Positions 50,311 to 59,456 of a stretch of DNA of 64,000 bases are shown piece by piece. The DNA comes from a virus. The stretch is from the IMG/VR virus record IMGVR_UViG_3300045988_168112. One strand, 5' to 3'. The position numbers were made by a program, and so were the translations under genes. The first letter of the stretch is position 1. Each line of letters starts with the position of its first letter. The notes under the pieces were generated by a model. The model saw only the letters and a list, made by a program, of their open reading frames with translations. It searched no databases and was not told where the DNA came from.

Positions 50311-51083
50311 CTTCTTAGATAATCGACATTCTTTTTGATTAATTCAATATCTTCTTCTTTCACCTCTTTTTCAAAATAATCTGGAGGTGTAGGTATTCTC
50401 TTGAATGTACCTTCTTTCTCAATCTCCACACCGTGCAACGCTGACAAGATAGGATAACAACTGTCAGTTGACCTTATTGCAATATGATTAGTATTATAAC
50501 ACCTGAATTCTATTGGATTTCCTTGTCCTAAAAAATGCAATGGTTTACGTAGCAAGTCTTGCTCCTCAAGTTTCATGACCAATAAAGTCCTTGCTTCTGC
50601 GATATCCGGATTCTTCATAATGTGAGGAATTGCTTTCTTACTCATACCGATACAAGAAACAAAATCGTTATGCAAGAAATACTTGTAACATTCCATCCAA
50701 TCTTCATAAGTATCACCTTGTGGACATGCAAGAATGTTAGTCCTCTTATAGAGGAAACCTTTTCTTCTTGCATCCTTCATCCATTCGAGGAATTGATTGA
50801 AGTTATTCAGCGTTTCTTCTTTATTATAAAGAACATCAAGAGGTATTACTTCATTAGGTTGAATTTCAAGTGTCAATTTGAGTAATTCTTTGTTAGTCAA
50901 TATTTCACCTTCATCTCCAACGCCTGAATCAAGTATGGTAAATCGACCTTGTTTGATAGCATTCTTTGTATATTCGCGATACTTTTCGTTTCTTTTATAA
51001 AGTTGTCCAAGTATATAGAAATTATTATCCCCTAATTCACTCAATTCCAAATGATTCATAGGTGGTGTAACGAATATTTTCAT
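50286..51083 (-). CDS. TGT-fold transglycosylase-like protein (DpdA-like candidate)
   Basis: ILDSGVGDEG, LACPQGDT, LHFLGQGNP, RSTDSCYPILSALHG occur in the same order as the TGT DSGGFQ / VQGG / hLxGxGxP / DxFDCVxPTRxARxG blocks; no Zn subdomain. Confidence 0.45.
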   Translation of the reverse strand: MKIFVTPPMNHLELSELGDNNFYILGQLYKRNEKYREYTKNAIKQGRFTILDSGVGDEGEILTNKELLKLTLEIQPNEVIPLDVLYNKEETLNNFNQFLEWMKDARRKGFLYKRTNILACPQGDTYEDWMECYKYFLHNDFVSCIGMSKKAIPHIMKNPDIAEARTLLVMKLEEQDLLRKPLHFLGQGNPIEFRCYNTNHIAIRSTDSCYPILSALHGVEIEKEGTFKRIPTPPDYFEKEVKEEDIELIKKNVDYLRRCCTSTLK

Positions 51084-51088
51084 AACTT

Positions 51089-52030
51089 TTAATTATTAAA
51101 TTTGATTTCTACCTTATTTTCTAATTCTGGTGCTGTCACAAGATAGATAATGAAATCTTTAAGACCTATTTCAGCATCACCTTTTTCAATCTCCTCAAAA
51201 GAGTATTGTTCATTCTTTATTTCGTTTGATACTTTCTCAAAACGTTCTCTTCTTGTCTCTTCTTTCACAGACAATACAGTAACTGTAAAGTCAACTTTAG
51301 AAGAATTTTGAACTAATGTCTCTATAATCTTATTGAATAGACTTTTTTGTCTACAACCTACAATATATATCTTATTGATAGATTGTAGGTTCCATTCAAA
51401 TAAAATCTTTGAACATATTCTTTCACAAAGTACCTCACTAAGGCCTGAGTCGAATGTCCTCATTTCAGAATAGGTCAATTTACGAACTATATCACCAACT
51501 TCAATAACACTATCATTCTTTTGCTTCACTTTATTCACATATGTGGTTTTACCTGAGAAAGCTTCACCTACTATAAACTCAATCTTAGGGAGTTCTATTA
51601 TTAGCTTTTTAAATGCTTCATTGAAGTTTTTGGGTTTTTCTTCAGTAGAATCATCTTTTACTTCCATTTTCTCAACTATAGCGTAATTTTCACCATCTTC
51701 ACTGACCTCAACTGAGTCAAAATCAAATTGCTTCAAGATATTTTTTGCAATCATTTCACATGACATAGAACCAAAATCATAACATTCGCAACCTGATTCA
51801 AATACTGGGAATTTTCGGTTTATATATTGTTTTACTTTTCTCCTTAGCAATATAAACTCTTCATCACGATTATCGTGATTAACCCGTTTTTTACAATTGA
51901 ATTTAAAGATATGTCTGTGAGGTTGTTCCAAGAACTTCACTAACTCACCATGATTTTTTGATGCATCAGGATAATTATGAAATCCTTCTACTTCAAAACG
52001 AATTCCGATAGATGTCTGTAATTTGTTCAT
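51089..52030 (-). CDS. fusion: QueD/PTPS-like N-terminal domain + P-loop kinase-like C-terminal domain
   Basis: FEVEGFHNYPDAS..QPHRHIFKF..DEEFILLRRKV..SMSCEMIAKNI then Walker A GEAFSGKTTYV; ATG 52030 in a TGATTATG junction. Confidence 0.45.
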   Translation of the reverse strand: MNKLQTSIGIRFEVEGFHNYPDASKNHGELVKFLEQPHRHIFKFNCKKRVNHDNRDEEFILLRRKVKQYINRKFPVFESGCECYDFGSMSCEMIAKNILKQFDFDSVEVSEDGENYAIVEKMEVKDDSTEEKPKNFNEAFKKLIIELPKIEFIVGEAFSGKTTYVNKVKQKNDSVIEVGDIVRKLTYSEMRTFDSGLSEVLCERICSKILFEWNLQSINKIYIVGCRQKSLFNKIIETLVQNSSKVDFTVTVLSVKEETRRERFEKVSNEIKNEQYSFEEIEKGDAEIGLKDFIIYLVTAPELENKVEIKFNN

Positions 52031-52032
52031 AA

Positions 52033-52284
52033 TCAATAAGTTATTTTAAAACGTCTTTTAATCACTTCTTTATCTGCAATACCGTAGACTAAACAATAAT
52101 CTTTCTTTTTCTTCTGACAAAATTGAACTGGACCTCTGTAGATACACTTACCGTCAAGAAAAAGTCTCATAATCTTTTCACCATTGATATTCTTATTCCT
52201 TGAAGCTTGCTTTATCACTTCAGGAGAAACTCTGTCAATCCAACCATTTTTATGATGGATAAATGATTTTAACTGTTCATCCAT
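52033..52284 (-). CDS. hypothetical protein
   Basis: 83-aa ORF. Confidence 0.6.
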   Translation of the reverse strand: MDEQLKSFIHHKNGWIDRVSPEVIKQASRNKNINGEKIMRLFLDGKCIYRGPVQFCQKKKKDYCLVYGIADKEVIKRRFKITY

Positions 52285-52300
52285 ATCTCATTCTTTTATA

Positions 52301-52308
52301 TAAAGATA
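52301..52308 (-). promoter_or_regulatory. promoter -7-like box TATCTTTAT directly after the RNR terminator
   Basis: 16 nt before ATG 52284. Confidence 0.3.
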
Positions 52309-52309
52309 A

Positions 52310-52352
52310 GGCTAATTTGTACATTGACCAGCGTTTTAGTACACAATTAGCC
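52310..52352 (-). terminator. hairpin terminator after RNR gene
   Basis: GGCTAATT-TGTAC / GTACA-CAATTAGCC (8-bp perfect outer stem plus 5-bp inner stem), then TTATCTTTAT on the minus strand. Confidence 0.55.
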
Positions 52353-52361
52353 TTAATAGAT

Positions 52362-54686
52362 TTATCTCAATTCGCATGCACCACCTGCACAAGCAGTCGC
52401 TACATTCTCGCCTACATTCTTATATTCTTGTTCCCATTCGACATTCTCCCAATCAATAGGTTTTTGATTCTTAATCTTCTGCCATTGATGGAATATATTC
52501 ACATGTTTTAAGCAACGTGAGCATTTTTCATCATCACCCTCAAAATAATTCTTAGAGAACTTCTTGAATCTACGGACCCAATCATTCCTCATTTCAATTT
52601 TGTGTTGCAAATAAGAAGAAATTGCATTGACGTCACTGATACACAATCCATCTATAGTCACAAGAAGTTTACCATCTTTAATGTGTTTTTTGATAAATGA
52701 AAGTAGATAATCGTCAGTATAGATTAATAAGTCATTAGCCTTACCAGTCGCTGCATTACAAGCTGTCCATATATCACCAAAAACTTGTAATCCATCTACA
52801 ATAAGACCTGAAGAAAGAATTGCACCTTGTCCATATGTATCAGCAAGCTCTTTTTCATCAAGATAAGAAGTGTAAGGAGCTTGTGGATAATCGAGGTCAC
52901 CAGTTTCAGGTAGGAAACTCAATCCACAGAATCCATCTTTGTGTTCCCATATCCAATCTGCAATTTCACTCCACTCATCTTCTTTAACTGATACTGTACA
53001 ACTTACATTGTGATGATATTTAGGTTTAGCTATTGAAGATGGATGCTCTGTATTAGTACCTTCTATAATCCAACCTTTCTCAGTAGTATAAATTCTATAA
53101 AGAAAATCAAGAGTACTGAAATCTGTACGAACCATTGTTTCATCATCGAGTTCAATAGGGAAAGATAATACAGTTTCGCCTTTCTTGTTCCAAAATGAAG
53201 GATTTGCAATATCTGGATTCAATTTAATAACTTCTTTCAATGCCTGCTCATTGTTATTCGCTTGAATATTACGAATATACTTACGAAAATGATAAGCATG
53301 AATACCAGAGCCGCATCCAAGCAATTGTGACGCGTTTCCTGAAGGTTTGATTACGGTCGTTCTTGCTGCAGCATTTATTCCAATAATCGCAGCAACTTCT
53401 TTATTCACTTCTTTTACGATTCTTGCACCTTTTCTTTGTATTCTTTCATTAAAAAGAATATTAGGATTATCTGCCATGCCAGTGATACCAACACCAAGTA
53501 ACGCATCACGCTTCATTATCTTACGTGTAGCTTCTGAAAGTAACGGTAGATTTTCAGTATAAGCTGCTTGAAATGTACCTAATATAGCTGCTGCACGACA
53601 TGCTTTATAGAAGTCTTCTTCGGTTTTGACTTTCTTTCCATTAATTTCACAAAGGTTACAAAAACTAAAACCATATTCTTTACTACCATCAGGATTTGTA
53701 TAAGTTGGATATAACAATGCTTCTGCACAAGGATTTATGACTGCTTCAGTGTCAGGCATGAATAATAATCCTGGTTCTCCATATTGTTTGATATATTCAA
53801 ATATCTTGTCGTACTTTTCTTTAGGAGTGTCTTCGTAGATTGCTACAGAATTATTACATCTACACAATTCCGGATGGGCTAAGAACCAATCTCCAGTCTT
53901 ACATTGCAACATTTCTTCATCATCAATATCAAAAATAGAAATCATTGCACTCCTTCTTATACCACCACTTATTACAGCATCAGCAATAATACACGACATA
54001 AGATGAAGTTCAAAAGGTCTTAGCTTCCTGCCCTTTGCCTTACTTAGAATCTTACGCAATTTATCATGGCAAACTTTCAATGGTTCTGGCCCAGGTGCTT
54101 TGAATCCACCACTTACAAAAGCACCTTCTGGTCTAATATGCGAATAATCGAATTCGATATCACTCAATCCTTTATAATATGATTCAATCAATAGACCAGT
54201 AGATAAGGCCCAACCTTCAATCGAATCTTCTATGACTGTACTAACCTTTTTAGAATTATCGATTCCTTTAACAATAGGTAATTGTTTAATATGTACTTTT
54301 TGAATCGAGTAACCAACACCTGAACCAGACAACAAAAGCTCCATCAATTCTTGGAAAAATTCGATTCTATTACAGTAACTTCCAGAACAATTAAAAGACC
54401 TAAAATTATTTTTCAACAATTGAGGACCACCATATTGTAAAGACCTTTGAGAGCCAAGTACTTCTTGATTATAATATGCTGACCAAGCCTCTTGAAATGC
54501 TTTATTGAAAGCATCTTTATTTTCATCTTTGATTTTTCCATTGAAAAACTCATAATGCATTTCCATAACTCGACTGACAGATTCCGGCCATGTCTCTTTC
54601 TTACCATCAGGCTTTACTCTCGAATACTTACTGTAGAATATATAGTCTGAGATTATATCTCGACTATCTATACGTTCATTACTCAT
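52362..54686 (-). CDS. nrdJ: class II (adenosylcobalamin-dependent) ribonucleotide reductase, monomeric RTPR-like
   Basis: INPCAEALL and FCNLCEIN active-site blocks; C-terminal redox pair CAGGAC; 774 aa. Confidence 0.75.
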   Translation of the reverse strand: MSNERIDSRDIISDYIFYSKYSRVKPDGKKETWPESVSRVMEMHYEFFNGKIKDENKDAFNKAFQEAWSAYYNQEVLGSQRSLQYGGPQLLKNNFRSFNCSGSYCNRIEFFQELMELLLSGSGVGYSIQKVHIKQLPIVKGIDNSKKVSTVIEDSIEGWALSTGLLIESYYKGLSDIEFDYSHIRPEGAFVSGGFKAPGPEPLKVCHDKLRKILSKAKGRKLRPFELHLMSCIIADAVISGGIRRSAMISIFDIDDEEMLQCKTGDWFLAHPELCRCNNSVAIYEDTPKEKYDKIFEYIKQYGEPGLLFMPDTEAVINPCAEALLYPTYTNPDGSKEYGFSFCNLCEINGKKVKTEEDFYKACRAAAILGTFQAAYTENLPLLSEATRKIMKRDALLGVGITGMADNPNILFNERIQRKGARIVKEVNKEVAAIIGINAAARTTVIKPSGNASQLLGCGSGIHAYHFRKYIRNIQANNNEQALKEVIKLNPDIANPSFWNKKGETVLSFPIELDDETMVRTDFSTLDFLYRIYTTEKGWIIEGTNTEHPSSIAKPKYHHNVSCTVSVKEDEWSEIADWIWEHKDGFCGLSFLPETGDLDYPQAPYTSYLDEKELADTYGQGAILSSGLIVDGLQVFGDIWTACNAATGKANDLLIYTDDYLLSFIKKHIKDGKLLVTIDGLCISDVNAISSYLQHKIEMRNDWVRRFKKFSKNYFEGDDEKCSRCLKHVNIFHQWQKIKNQKPIDWENVEWEQEYKNVGENVATACAGGACELR

Positions 54687-54703
54687 TTTTATTCATTTGA
54701 TTT

Positions 54704-55039
54704 TTAACGAATTTCTTCTGCATCTGCAGGGAAAAGTATACAAACAGGGATAGAAGGGACCTGAAACATCAATGGTATATTGTCCATTGATGCATCTCTA
54801 TCTTTTGCTCGTATCTTATCGATTATTTCGTTAAAAATACTTCTTTCTATATAAAGATATAGAGGTTTGGGTTTATACTTTTCATCTTTTTGCAATTGTA
54901 CTCTTTCAATTGCAAGATGTGTGTGTAATATTTCTTCATCTGGAAGATACGGTACAAGTTCTTTTATTTTATTTGCGCAAATCGCAGAAAAAGATTTCCC
55001 AGGTTTTATAACCTGAATATACAATTTAACTTTCTTCAT
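54704..55039 (-). CDS. hypothetical protein
   Basis: 111-aa ORF. Confidence 0.6.
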   Translation of the reverse strand: MKKVKLYIQVIKPGKSFSAICANKIKELVPYLPDEEILHTHLAIERVQLQKDEKYKPKPLYLYIERSIFNEIIDKIRAKDRDASMDNIPLMFQVPSIPVCILFPADAEEIR

Positions 55040-55041
55040 AA

Positions 55042-55272
55042 TTACAATATTTTATAAATTCCTTTATCAATTCTTTCTAATTTACCTTCTTTCATTAGAT
55101 GTTGAAACCAATGGTCAACTCCTGCTCTAATAGAGCCAGGTTGAAACTTATTCATATTATTGATTTTTCTAACTAATTCATTTCTCTTGATAATGCCAGA
55201 TTTTTCATTCTTCATTAACTTATCAACAGCATCTACTACCGTATAGATGTTATCTAATCTATCTTCTCTCAT
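55042..55272 (-). CDS. winged-helix-like small protein
   Basis: Start MREDRLDN at ATG 55272, ATGA overlap with the helicase stop. Confidence 0.5.
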   Translation of the reverse strand: MREDRLDNIYTVVDAVDKLMKNEKSGIIKRNELVRKINNMNKFQPGSIRAGVDHWFQHLMKEGKLERIDKGIYKIL

Positions 55273-56723
55273 ATTGAACAATAAACTAATTCTTTCCGTG
55301 CTCTTGTAATAGCAACGAACTTTAAACAATATTCACTATAAATCGCTTCTTCAGTTATAGCATGTGTACTTGGAATAAGACTTTGATTCAAGAAAAACAC
55401 TCTATCAGCTTCGAGCCCTTTTGATTTATGAATAGTACTTAATACAATACCTTCAGTTTCATCTGTATAGATTCGTTTGATATTGTTTTCAAGACTTTCC
55501 ATATTATTCCATACGCAATACAATCTTTGTAGGATTAAACACTTTTCAACGAGGTTCAAATATGAAGGATTATTAATTGCTGCAGAATAAGATAAACCTT
55601 TTTCTTTCAGACTTTCAATTTTTTCTTCTTTAAGCCTTTCAAGGTCGTCAATACAGTTTATCTTATCAGTCAAAGCACATAATGCGTTACCAAAGTCTCT
55701 CCCTTTAATCGTAGCCTTCTTACCTTCTTTAAGAAGTCCAATAAACACTTCAATTAGAGGGAGATTATTCCTGCATAATACAAAGTCACCTACTTGAGCC
55801 TCTTGATATTCACCATTTCTTACGATACCATCAATTGCATTAGGTGCAGCTTCGATTCCTAACGAGAATACCTTCTTAGCCTCCTCAACAATTTTCTTAG
55901 CACAACGATATGTTACATCTAACGGCAATACTGCTGTATTCGGCAGATTTTGCAAAAGTCTAAAGTTCGATACGCTGGACCCAGAAAATTGGTAAATACA
56001 CTGTTTTTCGTCGCCCACAGAAATTAATCTACCAAATTTTGGCTTGATAAATTGCTGAGTCAATTCTCTTTGCAATACATTCTGGTCTTGGACTTCATCT
56101 AAAAATACGACGTCGTATTTAGGAAAATCTTTGTCATCAAGCAATGTATATGGTAACCACAACATATCAGTGAAATCCATCTGAAATTCTTTATTACCAT
56201 TGATTTTTAACGCACTCTTACTCCATTCGTATTCAATCTTTTGAATATCTTCAATCATCCTGTCACGAAATTCAATATCTTTCTCAATACATAACAAAGG
56301 AATATCTCTTTCGTAGTCAACCAATAAGTTCATTCTAATTGTGTTCCATATATCCTGAAGTTCAAATAGATATCTCATCTGTTGTTTCTGAGGTATATCT
56401 TTAACATCTAATATTTTCCTTGCTAATTGAAAACATTTATTCTCGTTCAATTTCATCTTAAATGAGAAATTGTAGAATAATACTTTCAATCCTTTTGCAT
56501 GAAAAGTATTGACTTCAATCCTTTCAGGAACTTTCAATTTGAGTTCTTCAGCGATACTCTTATTGAATGCCATAAACAAGACTTTCTTTCCTGGAGATGT
56601 CCTTTTGCAGCATTCAATAATAGTATGTGACTTTCCTGAACCGGCTGTGGCACTTATAGCAATATTCTTTCTTGTCTGTTCGTATGTATCGAAAATGGCT
56701 AACTGTCTGTCACTCCATTTCAT
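55269..56723 (-). CDS. UvrD/PcrA-like SF1 DNA helicase
   Basis: ATAGSGKSHT (Walker A), VFLDEVQDQN, TIHKSKGLEADRV, VAITRARKEL. Confidence 0.8.
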   Translation of the reverse strand: MKWSDRQLAIFDTYEQTRKNIAISATAGSGKSHTIIECCKRTSPGKKVLFMAFNKSIAEELKLKVPERIEVNTFHAKGLKVLFYNFSFKMKLNENKCFQLARKILDVKDIPQKQQMRYLFELQDIWNTIRMNLLVDYERDIPLLCIEKDIEFRDRMIEDIQKIEYEWSKSALKINGNKEFQMDFTDMLWLPYTLLDDKDFPKYDVVFLDEVQDQNVLQRELTQQFIKPKFGRLISVGDEKQCIYQFSGSSVSNFRLLQNLPNTAVLPLDVTYRCAKKIVEEAKKVFSLGIEAAPNAIDGIVRNGEYQEAQVGDFVLCRNNLPLIEVFIGLLKEGKKATIKGRDFGNALCALTDKINCIDDLERLKEEKIESLKEKGLSYSAAINNPSYLNLVEKCLILQRLYCVWNNMESLENNIKRIYTDETEGIVLSTIHKSKGLEADRVFFLNQSLIPSTHAITEEAIYSEYCLKFVAITRARKELVYCSI

Positions 56724-57190
56724 TTTGTAAAGTAGGTTAACTGGTTGATATAATCAACTAATGATTTATAGTCCTTTTCGCGTTTCATGTCCATTTTCTT
56801 TTTAATTACGCTCAGAACATCGCCGAATTCTATGTTATTGTAGAAAACAGTCCTGTTGTAGTCTACTTTGTTTACCACCCATATGTCTACATCCACATCT
56901 TCTATTCTTATACGATATAGAGGGGCTGTTTCTACATATTCGGAAAGGATGTCGCTTTTCATGTCCTTGTTTATCCTTGCCATCGTACTTAGAGCACGCA
57001 GAGAATCGTCACTTATCCCCTCTATCTCTATATCCAGGTCGTGCGGTTCAACACAAAATCCGTGTACATACATTGCCATGCTTCCACCAACAACCATACG
57101 TTTACACTGCAAACTGTTCCTTAATACGTTAAAAACTTTAAACAATTTATTAACTTTCTCTTCTTTAGTAAAAACAAAATCCTCATTCAT
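56720..57190 (-). CDS. Pol-beta superfamily nucleotidyltransferase-fold protein
   Basis: VVGGSMAMYVHG ... HDLDIEIEG (GS and DxD motifs). Confidence 0.5.
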   Translation of the reverse strand: MNEDFVFTKEEKVNKLFKVFNVLRNSLQCKRMVVGGSMAMYVHGFCVEPHDLDIEIEGISDDSLRALSTMARINKDMKSDILSEYVETAPLYRIRIEDVDVDIWVVNKVDYNRTVFYNNIEFGDVLSVIKKKMDMKREKDYKSLVDYINQLTYFTK

Positions 57191-57666
57191 AATTCTTCAA
57201 TTTTATCAGGTTCGTAATATTCAAAATTCTTATAATCAGCTAAAGCATCAGCAACTGCATTTCCATATACAATAGGGTCAGATAAGTTAGTTCCATGTCC
57301 TCTTGTCCATTTTAATCTTACTCTCATCTTCTTACTTTTATAAATTATATCCGCCACTTTTTTCCATAAATCGACATTAGCACAACCTTCCCAATTGTTT
57401 TGAATATAGGTGAATAATTTCTTAGTACCATTCACAACATATTCACTATCACTCCATACTGTTACGTTTGATGGTTCAGATTTATTTACAGCTTCTAATG
57501 CAGAAAGAAAAGCTCTCAATTCGCATCTACTTATAGTAGTGTCACAATATCCTTTTGATATGAAATATTCTTTATCGTCACATTGTATATAAACACCAAT
57601 GCCACCCTTACGAATTTTCCAATTGCAACTACCATCTGTAAAAATGATTATATTCCTTCTTTCCAT
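57187..57666 (-). CDS. rnhA: ribonuclease HI
   Basis: IIIFTDGSC, RCELRAFLSALEA, VWSDSEYVVNG, GNAVADALA (DEDD residues); start MERRNIII at ATG 57666. Confidence 0.8.
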   Translation of the reverse strand: MERRNIIIFTDGSCNWKIRKGGIGVYIQCDDKEYFISKGYCDTTISRCELRAFLSALEAVNKSEPSNVTVWSDSEYVVNGTKKLFTYIQNNWEGCANVDLWKKVADIIYKSKKMRVRLKWTRGHGTNLSDPIVYGNAVADALADYKNFEYYEPDKIEEL

Positions 57667-57669
57667 ACC

Positions 57670-57677
57670 TAAAGATA
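57670..57677 (-). promoter_or_regulatory. promoter -7 box TTGGTATCTTTAGG abutting the RNase H ATG
   Basis: TATCTTTAGGT-ATG: only 3 nt between the box and the start codon. Confidence 0.4.
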
Positions 57678-57692
57678 CCAACTTTTTATCTG

Positions 57693-59372
57693 TTATTGAC
57701 CAATAGATGCTTTATATTTCTTCAATAAAGCCATATCAAGGGACACGTTTTCACTTGAAGAGACATTCTCAATACCTTTATTCACAGCATTAGTGACAAG
57801 TGTCTTTTCGTCCAAAATTTCCTTTATCCTTATATCAATAGTATCTTGTGACATTATATAATACACATTAGTGCTATTCTTCTGTCCCATTCTATCTAAT
57901 CGTGCTATTGCTTGTTCAAGATGAGAAGGTCCATTAGGATACTCAATGAATATCATATTACTACACACTTGTTGAAGTCCATCTACTCCAGTTGATAATG
58001 TAGCAATATTCGCAAACAAGAATTGTTTACTCTTCTTCCATCTCTCAACTCTCGCCATCTTTTCTTCTGTAGAAGTCTGACCGATAATAAGTTCACTATC
58101 CTTTTTGAATTCTTTATGTAATTGTTCCAATGGCTCTGTGAGTGTTCCAAAAACCAACACTTTCAATTCTTCATCAGCTTCTTTCCAATCTTTCAAGAAT
58201 TGGATTATAAACTTCAATTTGCCTTTTAAAGATAATTTCTTCAAATTAGCAATTCTCACGAGATGTTCTGCTCTTTTAGCACGTTCTGCTGCTTCAATAT
58301 CAAATTCTTCAAGATAAGCAATAAGGTCATCTTCTGCTTTCTTATATTCTTTTATGTTAGTAATTGAACTATCTATCACCTGCTCTATCACTTCAGGTAG
58401 TTCAGTCAATACTTCATCTTTATTTTTTCTGAAATAACAATAGTGTTTTATTATCTCGTATAATTCAGAAGTATATGAAGCACCAGTAGAATCAAGTCCA
58501 AACCTTGTCATCCTTGCATTACAATATCTATAGAGGAAATACTTCAAGTCAGGAAATATATCAAATCTGCCTATTATATTCAAAATATTGATTAATTCTT
58601 GAGGACGATTCATTACGACAGTACCACTCAAAGCATATACTTTATTGGCCTTTTCAACTATCTTCATCACTGCTTTTGAACGTAACGATTTAGGATTTTT
58701 ACATAAATGCACTTCGTCCAATATCACAGCTCCCCATTTCTTTGAAAGTGACCTTGTATACCTTAATTGTATATCGTTCTTAGATTTTTCTCTTTTATAG
58801 AGATAATCGTAATTTATCACAGTCACATCAGCCTTCCAATCTGTGTTTTCACTATCCTTAGAATCTATGATATGAACACTTCTTTTAGGATTCCATCTAT
58901 TCCATTCTTTCAACCAACTTGATTTGACTGTAGATGGACATATGATAAGACACGGAAATAAATCAAGAGTTTCGACACACAAAAGGCTCTGAGCTGACTT
59001 TCCGAGTCCCATCTCACAACCATTGATACAGTTACCATGATTTATCATATATGTTATACCTTCTATTTGATATGGTCTTGGTGTCATTGGAAAGTTCAGA
59101 TACTCAACCATCTCTTTAAGAAGTTCTTCATCAATCATCTTATGGATAGGTTTAAGTTCTATGTCACGAGGTTGAATCACCTTTTTATTCACAAATCCAT
59201 TATCTTCAAGAAATCCCTTGAACTTCGAAGAATTCTCTAAATTCAACTGTGTATACCATTCTTTAGTTGCTGGATTATAATGACATTTGAACTTTTTCAT
59301 TTCAGCAACTAAATATGGACGATATTCAAAACCTATCCACAACCAATCTTTATCTCTATAATAATATCTCAT
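57693..59372 (-). CDS. SNF2-family helicase/translocase
   Basis: RPYQIEGITYM, GCEMGLGKSAQS, ILDEVHLCKNPKS, QAIARLDRMGQKN. Confidence 0.8.
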   Translation of the reverse strand: MRYYYRDKDWLWIGFEYRPYLVAEMKKFKCHYNPATKEWYTQLNLENSSKFKGFLEDNGFVNKKVIQPRDIELKPIHKMIDEELLKEMVEYLNFPMTPRPYQIEGITYMINHGNCINGCEMGLGKSAQSLLCVETLDLFPCLIICPSTVKSSWLKEWNRWNPKRSVHIIDSKDSENTDWKADVTVINYDYLYKREKSKNDIQLRYTRSLSKKWGAVILDEVHLCKNPKSLRSKAVMKIVEKANKVYALSGTVVMNRPQELINILNIIGRFDIFPDLKYFLYRYCNARMTRFGLDSTGASYTSELYEIIKHYCYFRKNKDEVLTELPEVIEQVIDSSITNIKEYKKAEDDLIAYLEEFDIEAAERAKRAEHLVRIANLKKLSLKGKLKFIIQFLKDWKEADEELKVLVFGTLTEPLEQLHKEFKKDSELIIGQTSTEEKMARVERWKKSKQFLFANIATLSTGVDGLQQVCSNMIFIEYPNGPSHLEQAIARLDRMGQKNSTNVYYIMSQDTIDIRIKEILDEKTLVTNAVNKGIENVSSSENVSLDMALLKKYKASIGQ

Positions 59373-59380
59373 TTTTCTTT

Positions 59381-59422
59381 AAACTAAAATAGAGGAATCG
59401 TGTTTCACAACAAAATTCCTCT
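59381..59422 (-). terminator. hairpin terminator after ligase gene
   Basis: AGAGGAAT (59391-59398) / ATTCCTCT (59415-59422); loop contains GTTTCACAAC; ATTTTAGTTT on the minus strand. Confidence 0.45.
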
Positions 59423-59456
59423 TAATCGATTTATATTAACTAAAAGCACTCAAAAC

